Positions 41,536-50,887 of a stretch of 64,000 bases of DNA are shown piece after piece. The stretch spans positions 3,264,001-3,328,000 of the forward strand of contig OZ254086.1 in NCBI GenBank assembly GCA_965267575.1, read 5' to 3'. Position 1 is the first letter of the stretch, and each line of letters opens with the position of its first letter. Position numbers and translations under genes: made by a program. This stretch comes from Calditrichales bacterium. Lineage in GTDB: Bacteria > Calditrichota > Calditrichia > Calditrichales > J004. Below the pieces are notes generated by a model. That model was not told the DNA's origin and made no database searches. It saw only the letters and a program-made list of their open reading frames with translations.

Positions 41536-42429
41536 ATGAGGATAGTAACACGAGGCGATTTCGACGGACTTATCTGTTCGGTCTTGTTAAGTGAAGTGCA
41601 TGATATAGAAGATTTTTTTCTGGCCTATCCCAAAGATATCAACGAAAATAATATTGAAATAAGGCGCGGGGATATTATCGCCAACCTGCCCCACCATCCC
41701 AATTGCTCCTTATGGTTTGATCACCATATCAATGAGGTGGAAGCAGCCAAGGGCCTCTCTTTTGAAGGGGCTTTTAAGGTAGCCGCCAGTTGTTCACGTG
41801 TTATATATGATTACTATAACGGTAAAAAGGACCTGTCCCGCTACGACAAACTTGTCTGGCTGGCCGATAAGATAGATACGGCCGATTTCTCAATCGAAGA
41901 TATAAAAAATCCTCACGGCTGGTTCATAATTGAGCGCACGCTGCACGCCTACGATCCGCATGGCCGGCTGGGTAACTTTAAGGATTACTTTGAAAATCTT
42001 GTGTACTGGATAAAAGAACATTCTTTAAGCGCCATCTTCCTCTCCGATGAAGTACAGAAACGGATTGAACATGTGCGCAGCGAACACATCCAGTTTCTTG
42101 ACGCCTTGCGTGAATGTTCGCATGTGGAAGACAATGTGATTATTACCGATTCCAGGAAACTGACCTATTTTCCAAACGGAAACCGCTTTTTGATCTACAC
42201 GATTTATCCGCGTCAGAATGTTTCTGTAAGCATTTTTAACAAACGCGGTACGGACCAGTCTGTCATCGTCTGCGGACATAATATTTTTAACCGTACCTGC
42301 AATAAGGATATCGGCCGGCTGATGGCGCGTTATGGCGGGAGCGGGCGTTTCTCCGCCGGCAGCTGCCGTGTGCCGCGTGAACAGGCTGACCGTATTATGG
42401 ATGAAGTTATCGAAGCGCTTAGAAACTGA
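41536..42429 (+). CDS. DHH-superfamily phosphoesterase (NrnB/exopolyphosphatase-like)
   Basis: TRGDFDG, NLP, FDHH, GNRF motifs. Confidence 0.8.
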   Translation: MRIVTRGDFDGLICSVLLSEVHDIEDFFLAYPKDINENNIEIRRGDIIANLPHHPNCSLWFDHHINEVEAAKGLSFEGAFKVAASCSRVIYDYYNGKKDLSRYDKLVWLADKIDTADFSIEDIKNPHGWFIIERTLHAYDPHGRLGNFKDYFENLVYWIKEHSLSAIFLSDEVQKRIEHVRSEHIQFLDALRECSHVEDNVIITDSRKLTYFPNGNRFLIYTIYPRQNVSVSIFNKRGTDQSVIVCGHNIFNRTCNKDIGRLMARYGGSGRFSAGSCRVPREQADRIMDEVIEALRN

Positions 42430-43125
42430 TTAAAACAGCTGCAGCAGGTCAGAAAAGTTATTTATCTTTAAAAAATTTTCGTGCCTTTCTAAAACGCTTT
42501 CATTTTCCATGTGCCAGGTACTTTTATAGGGGATGTAAACCGCCTTCATGCCTAATTTAAGCGCAGGGTTAATATCTGATTTAGGACTGTTTCCCACCAT
42601 GCAGGTCATTTCATATTCCCACTTGTTGCGATCCAGCAAATCCTTATAGATTGCTTCGTTCTTTTCGGGCAGAATAAAATAATCTTTTACGATTGCCGCT
42701 ACGCCGGAACGCACGATCTTGTCTTCCTGCTCTTCTTGCTGGCCTTTGGTGACCACGTAGAGCGGGATGCGCTTTGTCAGAGATTGCAATGTTTTCATTA
42801 CGCCAGGGAAAAGGGGCGGCGGGTCATGGCGGTGCTGTTTGAAATCTTCGATGATCCCCCTGTAGCGCTGCAAATGCTTTTTGGTAAGCCCCTTTTTGTA
42901 GCGGGCAATTAGTTTTTCCAGGATTAGAATAAAAAATTCTGAGCCATAGCCGTTTTCCTGTACAACGCGATGTTCAAGCTCAAAAAAGGCCCGGCGGATT
43001 TCCTGCTCCCGTATGCCGCTTTCCTGCATGAGTTCAAAAAACTGCTCGGTTGCGCGTAAAAAATAGATGTTATTTTCCCAAAGGGTATCATCCGCATCCA
43101 GCAGTAAGCGTTTAATATTTTTCAT
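42430..43125 (-). CDS. HAD-family hydrolase
   Basis: DADDTLW, TKG, K, MVGNSPKSDI. Confidence 0.88.
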   Translation of the reverse strand: MKNIKRLLLDADDTLWENNIYFLRATEQFFELMQESGIREQEIRRAFFELEHRVVQENGYGSEFFILILEKLIARYKKGLTKKHLQRYRGIIEDFKQHRHDPPPLFPGVMKTLQSLTKRIPLYVVTKGQQEEQEDKIVRSGVAAIVKDYFILPEKNEAIYKDLLDRNKWEYEMTCMVGNSPKSDINPALKLGMKAVYIPYKSTWHMENESVLERHENFLKINNFSDLLQLF

Positions 43126-43150
43126 ATGCCTCATTTTTTTAATGGGCCCC

Positions 43151-43189
43151 AATTTAGGGTTTGACAATTTTTATGTAAACACCTAAATT
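43151..43189. promoter_or_regulatory. Overlapping divergent sigma70-type promoters
   Basis: Plus strand TTGACA-17-TAAATT (43161-43189); minus strand TTTACA-17-TAAATT (43179-43151). Confidence 0.7.
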
Positions 43190-43227
43190 TCGTGCTCGAA
43201 CTCACAATACTATAGGGAGGTTTGGTG

Positions 43228-43407
43228 ATGAAGAAGTTACTTATGTTGTCACTGACGTTGATGTTGATGGCTTGTGGTGGCGGACAGCAAGAAGCTCAGC
43301 AAACGACAACGGATGAGGCTGCAGAAGCTGCATCTGCCGCAGTTGATACTGTTGAAGCAATGGCTGATACCGTTGCTGCCGAAGCCGATACTATGATGAA
43401 TCAGTAG
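43228..43407 (+). CDS. Small acidic Ala-rich lipoprotein
   Basis: GGGAGG RBS, MKK + hydrophobic stretch + LMAC lipobox; has its own promoter and terminator. Confidence 0.8.
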   Translation: MKKLLMLSLTLMLMACGGGQQEAQQTTTDEAAEAASAAVDTVEAMADTVAAEADTMMNQ

Positions 43408-43426
43408 ATTTTAACATAGTAGGATG

Positions 43427-43465
43427 AAATGGGTTAGTCTGCAAAGGCTAACCCATTTTTATTTT
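43427..43465 (+). terminator. Rho-independent terminator
   Basis: 14-bp stem AAATGGGTTAGTCT/AGGCTAACCCATTT with GCAA loop and T-rich tail. Confidence 0.8.
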
Positions 43466-43484
43466 AAATTAAAAGGATTTGGAA

Positions 43485-45374
43485 ATGAGCACTAAACAAT
43501 CAGCTGTTGAGTTTCTAGCTCATGTCGCTCTTTTTTCGGACCTGACCGGGGAAGAGCTCAAGGTTATCGTTCCGCTGCTGGAAGAAAAGAACTATCCCGC
43601 TGAGAGCATACTGTTCCGTGAAAACATGCCGCGTGACAATGTATACCTGGTGCGACAAGGCGAGATTGAGCTTTTCAAAAAGACGCCTTTGGGCGAGGAG
43701 AAAAGGCTGGCCCTTTTCTCGGCCTATGATTTTATCGGCGAAGGGGCGCTGCTTGAAGATTACCCGCATTCGACGACTTCCCGCGCCATTCGTGATTCTG
43801 TCGTTTATCTTGTACCTGCCAGGCGCTTCAAAAAATTACTGACTGATTCGCCCGCTGTGGGCGCTAAAATACTGGCCCGGATTGCCAAGACCATTTCCCG
43901 CCGCATGCGCCAGACCAGTACACGCGTTGTTAATTTTGCGGCCCAATATGTCTCCGGCCGCATGCGTGATGAGCACGACTTGCTAGGTGACCGCCAGGTG
44001 GCCTATGAGTATTATTATGGCGTGCAGACTTTACGCGCCCTTGAGAACTTTAATATCAGCGGGGTAGAGCTAAGCCACTACCCGCGGCTGGTAGCCGCGC
44101 TGGCGATGGTTAAAAAGGCCGCGGCCATGGCCAACCACGAACTGGGCCTTCTGGACAGCACCATTCACCGCGCTGTTTTGCAGGCCTGCGATGAAATAAT
44201 TAATGGCCGTTTTCACACCTATTTCGTTGTGGACATGATCCAGGGCGGAGCAGGCACCTCAACCAATATGAACGCTAATGAGGTGATCGCCAACCGCGCG
44301 CTGGAAATAATGGGCCACGAAAAAGGCGAATACAAATATTGCCACCCCAACAATCATGTAAATTTATCGCAATCCACAAACGACGCCTACCCGACCGCCA
44401 TAAAGATCGCTCTTATCAACAGTAACAAAAGGCTTGTAAAAGTACTGAAAGAGCTGGTTTCCGCTTTTCATGAAAAGAGCCGCGAGTTCTCTCATGTGAT
44501 AAAGATGGGCCGCACACAGTTGCAGGATGCCGTGCCGATGACGCTGGGTCAAAGTTTTGAAGCCTATGCCGTCACACTGGAAGAAGAGCTGGAGCGCCTG
44601 AATCAGAACGTGCGACTTTTTTATGAACTCAATATGGGCGGCACCGCTATCGGGACGGGTATTAATACGGAACCCGGCTACGGACAGGCGGTCATCAAAC
44701 ATCTTAAGAAGGTAACCGGTCTGAACGTTGTGCTGGCGCCCAATCTCGTGGAAGCTACGCAGGACACTGGCGCTTTTGTAATGTACTCTTCGGCGTTGAA
44801 ACGGCTGGCCGTAAAGCTTTCTAAAATCTGTAATGATCTGCGCCTGCTTTCATCGGGGCCACGTGCGGGTATTAATGAAATCAACCTGCCGCCGATGCAG
44901 CCGGGTTCATCGATCATGCCGGGTAAGGTGAATCCTGTAATACCGGAAGTAGTTAATCAGATTGCTTTTAAGGTGATTGGCAATGATCTGACGGTAACGA
45001 TGGCTGCCGAAGCCGGACAACTGGAGTTGAATGTGATGGAGCCGGTGATCGCGCAGAGTCTGTTTGAAAGCATCGAGATGCTGAAAAACGGCATGGTAAC
45101 GTTGACACACCGCTGCGTAAAAGGCATCACGGCAAACGAAAAACGGGCCCGTGAAATGGTGCAAAACAGCATTGGCGTAGTTACTGCGCTAAACCCGGTG
45201 CTGGGATATGAGGTCTGTACGCAACTGGCCAAAGAAGCCCTGGAAAGTGACCGCGGCGTTTATGATCTGGTGCTGGAGAAAAAGCTGCTTTCCCGCGAGG
45301 AACTGGACAGCCTGCTGGCCCCGGAGAACATGCTGGCGCCGCGCCAAACACGCAAGGAATCCAGCGAAAAATAA
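43485..45374 (+). CDS. aspA: Aspartate ammonia-lyase with N-terminal cyclic-nucleotide-binding domain
   Basis: cNMP fold (LFSDL, F.E, GE.ALL), then DLLG, YYGVQT, GGAGTS.NMN, GSSIMPGKVNP. Confidence 0.92.
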   Translation: MSTKQSAVEFLAHVALFSDLTGEELKVIVPLLEEKNYPAESILFRENMPRDNVYLVRQGEIELFKKTPLGEEKRLALFSAYDFIGEGALLEDYPHSTTSRAIRDSVVYLVPARRFKKLLTDSPAVGAKILARIAKTISRRMRQTSTRVVNFAAQYVSGRMRDEHDLLGDRQVAYEYYYGVQTLRALENFNISGVELSHYPRLVAALAMVKKAAAMANHELGLLDSTIHRAVLQACDEIINGRFHTYFVVDMIQGGAGTSTNMNANEVIANRALEIMGHEKGEYKYCHPNNHVNLSQSTNDAYPTAIKIALINSNKRLVKVLKELVSAFHEKSREFSHVIKMGRTQLQDAVPMTLGQSFEAYAVTLEEELERLNQNVRLFYELNMGGTAIGTGINTEPGYGQAVIKHLKKVTGLNVVLAPNLVEATQDTGAFVMYSSALKRLAVKLSKICNDLRLLSSGPRAGINEINLPPMQPGSSIMPGKVNPVIPEVVNQIAFKVIGNDLTVTMAAEAGQLELNVMEPVIAQSLFESIEMLKNGMVTLTHRCVKGITANEKRAREMVQNSIGVVTALNPVLGYEVCTQLAKEALESDRGVYDLVLEKKLLSREELDSLLAPENMLAPRQTRKESSEK

Positions 45375-45498
45375 CCGTTTGAGCATTTTTGTAACCGCTT
45401 TCTTTTAAACCGGTCATATTTTTATAAAATCGCTTTGGCGAATGACTTAATGCCCAATCTTTTTGTTATACTTGGCAAAAACAAAAGATTGGGCTTTT

Positions 45499-46449
45499 AT
45501 GTTTATGCGCAGTTTGATGATCATCGTTTTTGTGTTTTTGTTTTCGGGTATGGCATTCGCGCAAACCTGTTGTTCCGCCGGCAGCCCTATTCTCTCCGCG
45601 CTAAACTTTTCCGGAAGTACACAGGGCCAGTGGCAATTCAGCCTGACCTTTGAGCATAATGCCATTCGCGACGTACTCAATGAAGACGAAGAAATCGAAC
45701 CGTTTCGCCAGCGTACCACACGTTCTTTTTTGCTGGATATTTCCTATGGTTTCTGGCAGCGTTGGTCGGCCACGCTTTTACTGACCTGGCTGGAACAGGA
45801 GCGCCGCCTGAATGATGCAAACAGTTTTGGTTCGTTGGAGCGCATTACCACGCGTGGACCCGGGGACGCCGTTTTCCTGTTGAAATATGATCTGATCCGG
45901 GCGACAATTGCACAACAGCAGCAATTATCCGTTGGTGCCGGTGTTAAGGCGCCGCTAGGTAAAAGCGATCTGCGCAGCGACGGCATTTTATTGCCCGCCG
46001 ACATACAGCCCGGCAGCGGTTCCTGGGATGGCTTGCTGTGGGCTTTTTACTCCCGTTCCTTTCGTCCGCAGCCCTTTTCACTTTTCAGCAATCTGAGCTA
46101 TCGGTTTAATGGTGAAAACGATCGCTTCCAGGTGGGCGGCGGCGCGTTCAGCGGTTACCGTTTCGGAAATATTTTGTCCTGGTCGGCGGGAGGCTCTTAC
46201 AGGGCGGCTGATGTAATTGATGTTTCCATGCAGCTACGCTGGCGTTTTAGCGAAGAAGATGTATTTGCCGGAAACAGCGTGCCCAACACGGGTGGTCATT
46301 GGTTTTATCTGGTGCCTGGTCTTAATATCGATTTGGATCCGTACGGCCTGCGTATCAGTGGCAGGATACCTGTACATCGCGAATTAAACGGCATCCAGCT
46401 TACCACGAGCTACGTGGTCAGCGCTTCGGTTTTCTATATCATTTTTTGA
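45499..46449 (+). CDS. Putative outer-membrane beta-barrel (MetA-pathway/'transporter'-like) with N-terminal Cys-Cys
   Basis: Signal peptide ending AFA, mature QTCCSAG; GPGD, G.KAP.G, QPGSGSWD, PNTGG; ends in Phe. Confidence 0.65.
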   Translation: MFMRSLMIIVFVFLFSGMAFAQTCCSAGSPILSALNFSGSTQGQWQFSLTFEHNAIRDVLNEDEEIEPFRQRTTRSFLLDISYGFWQRWSATLLLTWLEQERRLNDANSFGSLERITTRGPGDAVFLLKYDLIRATIAQQQQLSVGAGVKAPLGKSDLRSDGILLPADIQPGSGSWDGLLWAFYSRSFRPQPFSLFSNLSYRFNGENDRFQVGGGAFSGYRFGNILSWSAGGSYRAADVIDVSMQLRWRFSEEDVFAGNSVPNTGGHWFYLVPGLNIDLDPYGLRISGRIPVHRELNGIQLTTSYVVSASVFYIIF

Positions 46450-46461
46450 AAGGGGATTATA

Positions 46462-47541
46462 ATGAGGCAAAGGATTTTTTTGTCGGCAATTGCGGTTATG
46501 CTGCTGGCAACATCCGCCTGCAGTGATTTGCTGGACGACGACTCTGCTCAGGTAAGCGGCGAGTGGCTGATTGACCGCTCGCAGATCTTTGACGGCGGAC
46601 CGGGCAAAGACGGCATTCCTGCATTGACCAATCCACCGCTGGTTGAGTTTGCCGCTGCCGGTTATCTTTCTGATAACGATCTGGTTGTACTTTACAAAAA
46701 CGGCGACGATGTACGTATCTATCCCCACGCCATTCTTAACTGGCACGAAATCGTAAACGATGATGTTGCCGGCGACGAGGTAACGATTTCCTATTGCCCA
46801 CTGACGGGATCGGCCATTGGCCATAGCCGCGCGCTTGGAGCAGGCGGCAATCTGCAGGTAACAACGTTCGGCGTTTCCGGCCTGCTGTATAACAACAACC
46901 TGATCCTTTATGACCGGCTTACCGACAGTAACTGGTCGCAAATGCAGAACCGTTGTGTAAATGGCGTTTTTGCCGGACAGGAACTGGAAAATGTAGTGAT
47001 TCTGGAAACGCGCCTGGCAACCGCGCGCAAACTGTATCCCAACGCCAGGGTTTTATCGAATCAAACCGGCGTTTATGGAAGCAACCAATATGATATTTAT
47101 CCCTACGGCTCGTATCGCAGTGATGCCCGTTTGCTTTTTCCGGTGACTCATGATGATCGCACTTACCCGCGTAAGGAGCGCGTGCTTGGTGTGGTGGTAA
47201 ACGGTCAGGCCCGGGCATATCGCTCTCCGGCCTTTGCGGATGCGCGTATTGTGCATCAACAGCTTGGCGGTATAAATATCATCGTGGCCGGGGAACAATC
47301 GCAAAATTATATGATTGCCTTTCAGGCGGGTTTAAGCAGCGGGGAATCTCGTCAGTTTGAACTGCTGGACAAAAAACAATGGCCCGATTTTATGAGGGAT
47401 GGTGAGGGCAATATCTACAATATTTTCGGTGAAGTCATCAGCGGGCCGGATGAAGGTCAGAGATTGCAGCCTGTTCTGAATTATATTGCCTATTGGTTTG
47501 CATGGGCGGCTTTCTATCCCGATACGGAGGTGTTTGAATGA
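46462..47541 (+). CDS. DUF3179 lipoprotein, paralog 1
   Basis: TSAC lipobox; DGIPAL, WHEIVND, YCPLTGS, FGVSGLLY, WFAW. Confidence 0.85.
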   Translation: MRQRIFLSAIAVMLLATSACSDLLDDDSAQVSGEWLIDRSQIFDGGPGKDGIPALTNPPLVEFAAAGYLSDNDLVVLYKNGDDVRIYPHAILNWHEIVNDDVAGDEVTISYCPLTGSAIGHSRALGAGGNLQVTTFGVSGLLYNNNLILYDRLTDSNWSQMQNRCVNGVFAGQELENVVILETRLATARKLYPNARVLSNQTGVYGSNQYDIYPYGSYRSDARLLFPVTHDDRTYPRKERVLGVVVNGQARAYRSPAFADARIVHQQLGGINIIVAGEQSQNYMIAFQAGLSSGESRQFELLDKKQWPDFMRDGEGNIYNIFGEVISGPDEGQRLQPVLNYIAYWFAWAAFYPDTEVFE

Positions 47542-48638
47542 AATATATTGTTTGGTTTGGATTATTATTTTTGCCGGCCTGCGCATCCGTTGAAGATGAA
47601 ACGGGACGCTCACCCGTTACGCCTTTTGATAACAGCGATCTGCCGCAATGGCTTATACCGAAAAATGAAGTTGTGGGTGCCACGGAAAAAGACGCCATTC
47701 CTTCCATCGATGAGCCGAAGTTTGTCAGCGTGAGTGAAGCCGCCTGGCTCAACGATAATGATTGGGTGCTGTTGCTTAGACATGGCGACGAGCTGCGCGT
47801 TTACCCTTACCGCATTCTCGATTGGCATGAAGTGGTAAACGATGAAGTGGGGGGCGACCCGGTGTGCGTAACCTTTTGTCCGCTGACAGGAAGCGGGGTA
47901 GCATTTTCGGCATCTTTTACAATAAACGATATTACAGTCACTACGGAATTCGGCGTTTCCGGATTGCTTTATAACTCCAACCTCATTTATTACGACCGGC
48001 AGACGGGCAGCTACTGGTCGCAAATGCTCAACAAGAGTGTGAACGGTCCCTTGCGCGGTTTTGAACCGCCGCTGTTGATGCTTTTGGAAACAGTCTTTTC
48101 AACGGTGCGTGAACTCTATCCCGATGCCCGTGTTTTGTCGCGTGAGACCGGTATTTATCGCAGCAGCCAGTACAGCAATTCCACCTATGAAGATTACCGC
48201 ATTGATGACGTACTTTACTATCCGCTCAGCGTTGATGATAACCGCTTGTCACGCAAAGAACGGGTATTAAGCTTTTTCGCCCCCGACATTAAAAAGGCTT
48301 ACCGCTTTCGCGATTTTAGCGACAGCGTGGATGTGGTTAATGATCGTTTGGGAGATATGCCTGTCGTTGTAGCCGGGGAACGGAGCCGAAGGCTGATCGT
48401 AGGTTTTGAAAGGCGCCATCCTGTAAACGGACTGGAGTTAAACATGACAGCGGTTCGCAACAGCCTGCCCGTTATTATGCAAGACCAGTTCGGCAATCGT
48501 TATGACTTGTTTGGCACGATTGTTAACGGGGTGTGGGCGGGACAACGCTTGAATCACGCGGGCGCGGTGACCGCCTACTGGTTCAGCTGGGCCAGCATGT
48601 TTCCGGGCCTGGAAATTTATGCGGCGGAGAATAATTGA
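47538..48638 (+). CDS. DUF3179 lipoprotein, paralog 2
   Basis: LPAC lipobox; DAIPSI, WHEVVND, FCPLTGS, FGVSGLLY, WFSW. Confidence 0.85.
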   Translation: MKYIVWFGLLFLPACASVEDETGRSPVTPFDNSDLPQWLIPKNEVVGATEKDAIPSIDEPKFVSVSEAAWLNDNDWVLLLRHGDELRVYPYRILDWHEVVNDEVGGDPVCVTFCPLTGSGVAFSASFTINDITVTTEFGVSGLLYNSNLIYYDRQTGSYWSQMLNKSVNGPLRGFEPPLLMLLETVFSTVRELYPDARVLSRETGIYRSSQYSNSTYEDYRIDDVLYYPLSVDDNRLSRKERVLSFFAPDIKKAYRFRDFSDSVDVVNDRLGDMPVVVAGERSRRLIVGFERRHPVNGLELNMTAVRNSLPVIMQDQFGNRYDLFGTIVNGVWAGQRLNHAGAVTAYWFSWASMFPGLEIYAAENN

Positions 48639-48753
48639 ATTGATAAAATTATTGAATTACCGGATTGCTGAAATAGACTAATGGCGAGTATGGACGAAGA
48701 CCCCGGGGATGACAGATCAGAGGCTACAAACCGGTTCATGATCATAGATTTCA

Positions 48754-48825
48754 GACACTAAAACTCCCTGACTTCAAGACCTCCAGACCTGAGGACTTCT
48801 GCACCTCAAGACCATAAGCCTTTCG
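48754..48825 (+). repeat. Degenerate 8-bp-period tandem repeat, about 9 units, consensus near GACYTCAA
   Basis: gacactaa aactccct gacttcaa gacctcca gacctgag gacttctg cacctcaa gaccataa gcctttcg. Confidence 0.65.
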
Positions 48826-48895
48826 CCCACAGAATTGTTTCCAATTTGCGCTTCAATTGCTTAACTTTTGCGGCTTAAATACAAAGCGCGAAAGC

Positions 48896-50887
48896 ATGAA
48901 TAAATTTAAACTTGAATCAGCATATAAACCTCAGGGTGATCAGCCGCAGGCTATCAACGAATTGGTGCAGGGCGTGGAACGCGGCGATGTATACCAGACA
49001 TTGCTGGGTGTTACCGGCAGCGGCAAAACCTTCACCATGGCCAATGTGATTGAGCAGATCAACAAACCAACGCTTATCATCTCGCACAACAAGACGCTCG
49101 CGGCGCAGCTTTATGGGGAATTCAAAGGATTTTTCCCGGAAAATGCGGTGGAGTTTTTTATCAGCTATTACGATTATTACCAGCCTGAAGCATACATACC
49201 TACGACAGATACCTATATAGAAAAAGATTCTTCGATCAACGATGAGATTGACCGCCTGCGGCTTAAGGCCACAAGCTCGCTGCTCTCGCGCAAGGATGTG
49301 ATTGTCGTGGCCAGCGTGAGCTGCATTTACGGTATCGGCTCTCCCTCGGATTATGCCGAGATGCTGGTGCTTTTTGAGCGCGGCCAGATGATCAACCGCC
49401 AGGATTTTTTAATGCAACTGGTGGATATTCAATATAACCGCAATGATTTTGATTTCCAGCGCGGCACTTTTCGCGTTCGCGGCGATGTGATCGACATTTT
49501 TCCGGCATATGAAGAATACGCCTACCGGCTGGAATTTTTTGGCAACGAGATCGAGAGCATCTCCACGCTTGATCCACTGACGGGAAGACCGCTGAATGAG
49601 GTGGATAAGGCGGCTATTTTTCCGGCTAAGCATTTCGTCACACCCGCTGAAAAAATGGCCCGTGCCCGCGAAACAATCCGCGCCGAGCTGAAAGAGCGTC
49701 TGGAGTTTTTCCGCAAAAACGGCCGTCTGCTGGAAGCGCAGCGCCTGGAAATGCGCACAAATTTTGACTTGGAAATGATGGAAGAGGTGGGCTATTGCAA
49801 CGGCATTGAAAACTATTCGCGGCACATGTCGGGCCGCGCTCCGGGACAGCCGCCTTACACGTTGCTGGACTTTTTCCCGAAAGATTTCCTGATGTTTGTG
49901 GATGAATCGCACCAGACTTTTCCCCAGGTGCGGGGCATGTACAACGGCGACCGCGCGCGTAAGGAAACTTTGGTGGAGCACGGCTTCCGTCTGCCCAGCG
50001 CGCTGGACAACCGGCCGCTAAAATTTGACGAGTTTGAGCAGCACATCAACCAGGTGGTCTGTGTTTCGGCGACGCCCGCGGATTATGAACTGGAGAAAAG
50101 CGGCGGCGCATTTGTCGAACAGGTTATCCGTCCTACGGGGCTGATTGATCCCGTGATAGAGATCCGTCCAGTGGCGACTCAGATAGACGATCTGATTGGC
50201 GAGGTAAAAGCGCGCGTGGAGAAAGGTGAGCGATCGCTTATTACCACGTTGACAAAACGCATGGCCGAAGACCTGGCCGATTACCTCAATGCCGCCGGTA
50301 TTAAGGTGCGCTACATCCATTCCGAGATTGACGCGCTGGAACGGGTGAGCATTCTGCGTGATCTGCGCCTGGCCGAGTTTGACGCGCTGGTTGGCATTAA
50401 CCTGCTGCGCGAAGGTCTTGATCTGCCGGAGGTATCGCTGGTGGCCATTCTCGATGCCGACAAGGAGGGCTTCCTGCGCAGCTATGTTTCGCTGATGCAG
50501 ACGGCGGGCAGGGCGGCGCGCAATGTGGGCGGCCTGGTTATTTTCTATGCCGATAACGTAACCGATTCCATGCAGGCCACCATTGACGAGAGTAACCGGC
50601 GGCGCGAAAAACAACTGGAATACAATCAGCAAAACAAAATTACGCCGGCTACGATATATAAGTCTGCCGAAGACATTCTGCGCAGCACATCCGTGGCCGA
50701 TGTTTATAAGGGCTACCAGGCCAAAAAGGTCGGCAAGGTGGTCATCGAGCCCGGCGACGATCCCAAAAAGATTGTTGAAAAACTGGAAAAAGATATGCGT
50801 ACCGCTGCCGCCAACCTGGAATTTGAAAAGGCGGCGCTTTTGCGCGATGAAATCCAACGATTAAAAGAAGAACAGGAATTGAAATGA
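48896..50887 (+). CDS. uvrB: Excinuclease ABC subunit B
   Basis: [33 protein letters not shown]-terminal UVR domain. Confidence 0.98.
   Translation: MNKFKLESAYKPQGDQPQAINELVQGVERGDVYQTLLGVTGSGKTFTMANVIEQINKPTLIISHNKTLAAQLYGEFKGFFPENAVEFFISYYDYYQPEAYIPTTDTYIEKDSSINDEIDRLRLKATSSLLSRKDVIVVASVSCIYGIGSPSDYAEMLVLFERGQMINRQDFLMQLVDIQYNRNDFDFQRGTFRVRGDVIDIFPAYEEYAYRLEFFGNEIESISTLDPLTGRPLNEVDKAAIFPAKHFVTPAEKMARARETIRAELKERLEFFRKNGRLLEAQRLEMRTNFDLEMMEEVGYCNGIENYSRHMSGRAPGQPPYTLLDFFPKDFLMFVDESHQTFPQVRGMYNGDRARKETLVEHGFRLPSALDNRPLKFDEFEQHINQVVCVSATPADYELEKSGGAFVEQVIRPTGLIDPVIEIRPVATQIDDLIGEVKARVEKGERSLITTLTKRMAEDLADYLNAAGIKVRYIHSEIDALERVSILRDLRLAEFDALVGINLLREGLDLPEVSLVAILDADKEGFLRSYVSLMQTAGRAARNVGGLVIFYADNVTDSMQATIDESNRRREKQLEYNQQNKITPATIYKSAEDILRSTSVADVYKGYQAKKVGKVVIEPGDDPKKIVEKLEKDMRTAAANLEFEKAALLRDEIQRLKEEQELK

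Noticed and set aside
46440..48640. Selenocysteine read-through in the DUF3179 genes
   Set aside because: Both have ordinary Cys codons at the CPLT motif, and the TGA codons fall at natural ends after the conserved WFxW..P motif
48682..48761. Short ORF of about 26 codons (MASMDEDPG...) in the gap before uvrB
   Set aside because: No RBS and no recognisable features; likely chance
48754..48825. Possible CRISPR array
   Set aside because: The unit is 8 bp with no spacers, and there are no cas genes
50018..50857. Long antisense ORFs (also 58882-59748, 10706-11584, 22549-23340, 54616-55359)
   Set aside because: Shadow frames opposite well-conserved genes, with no motifs
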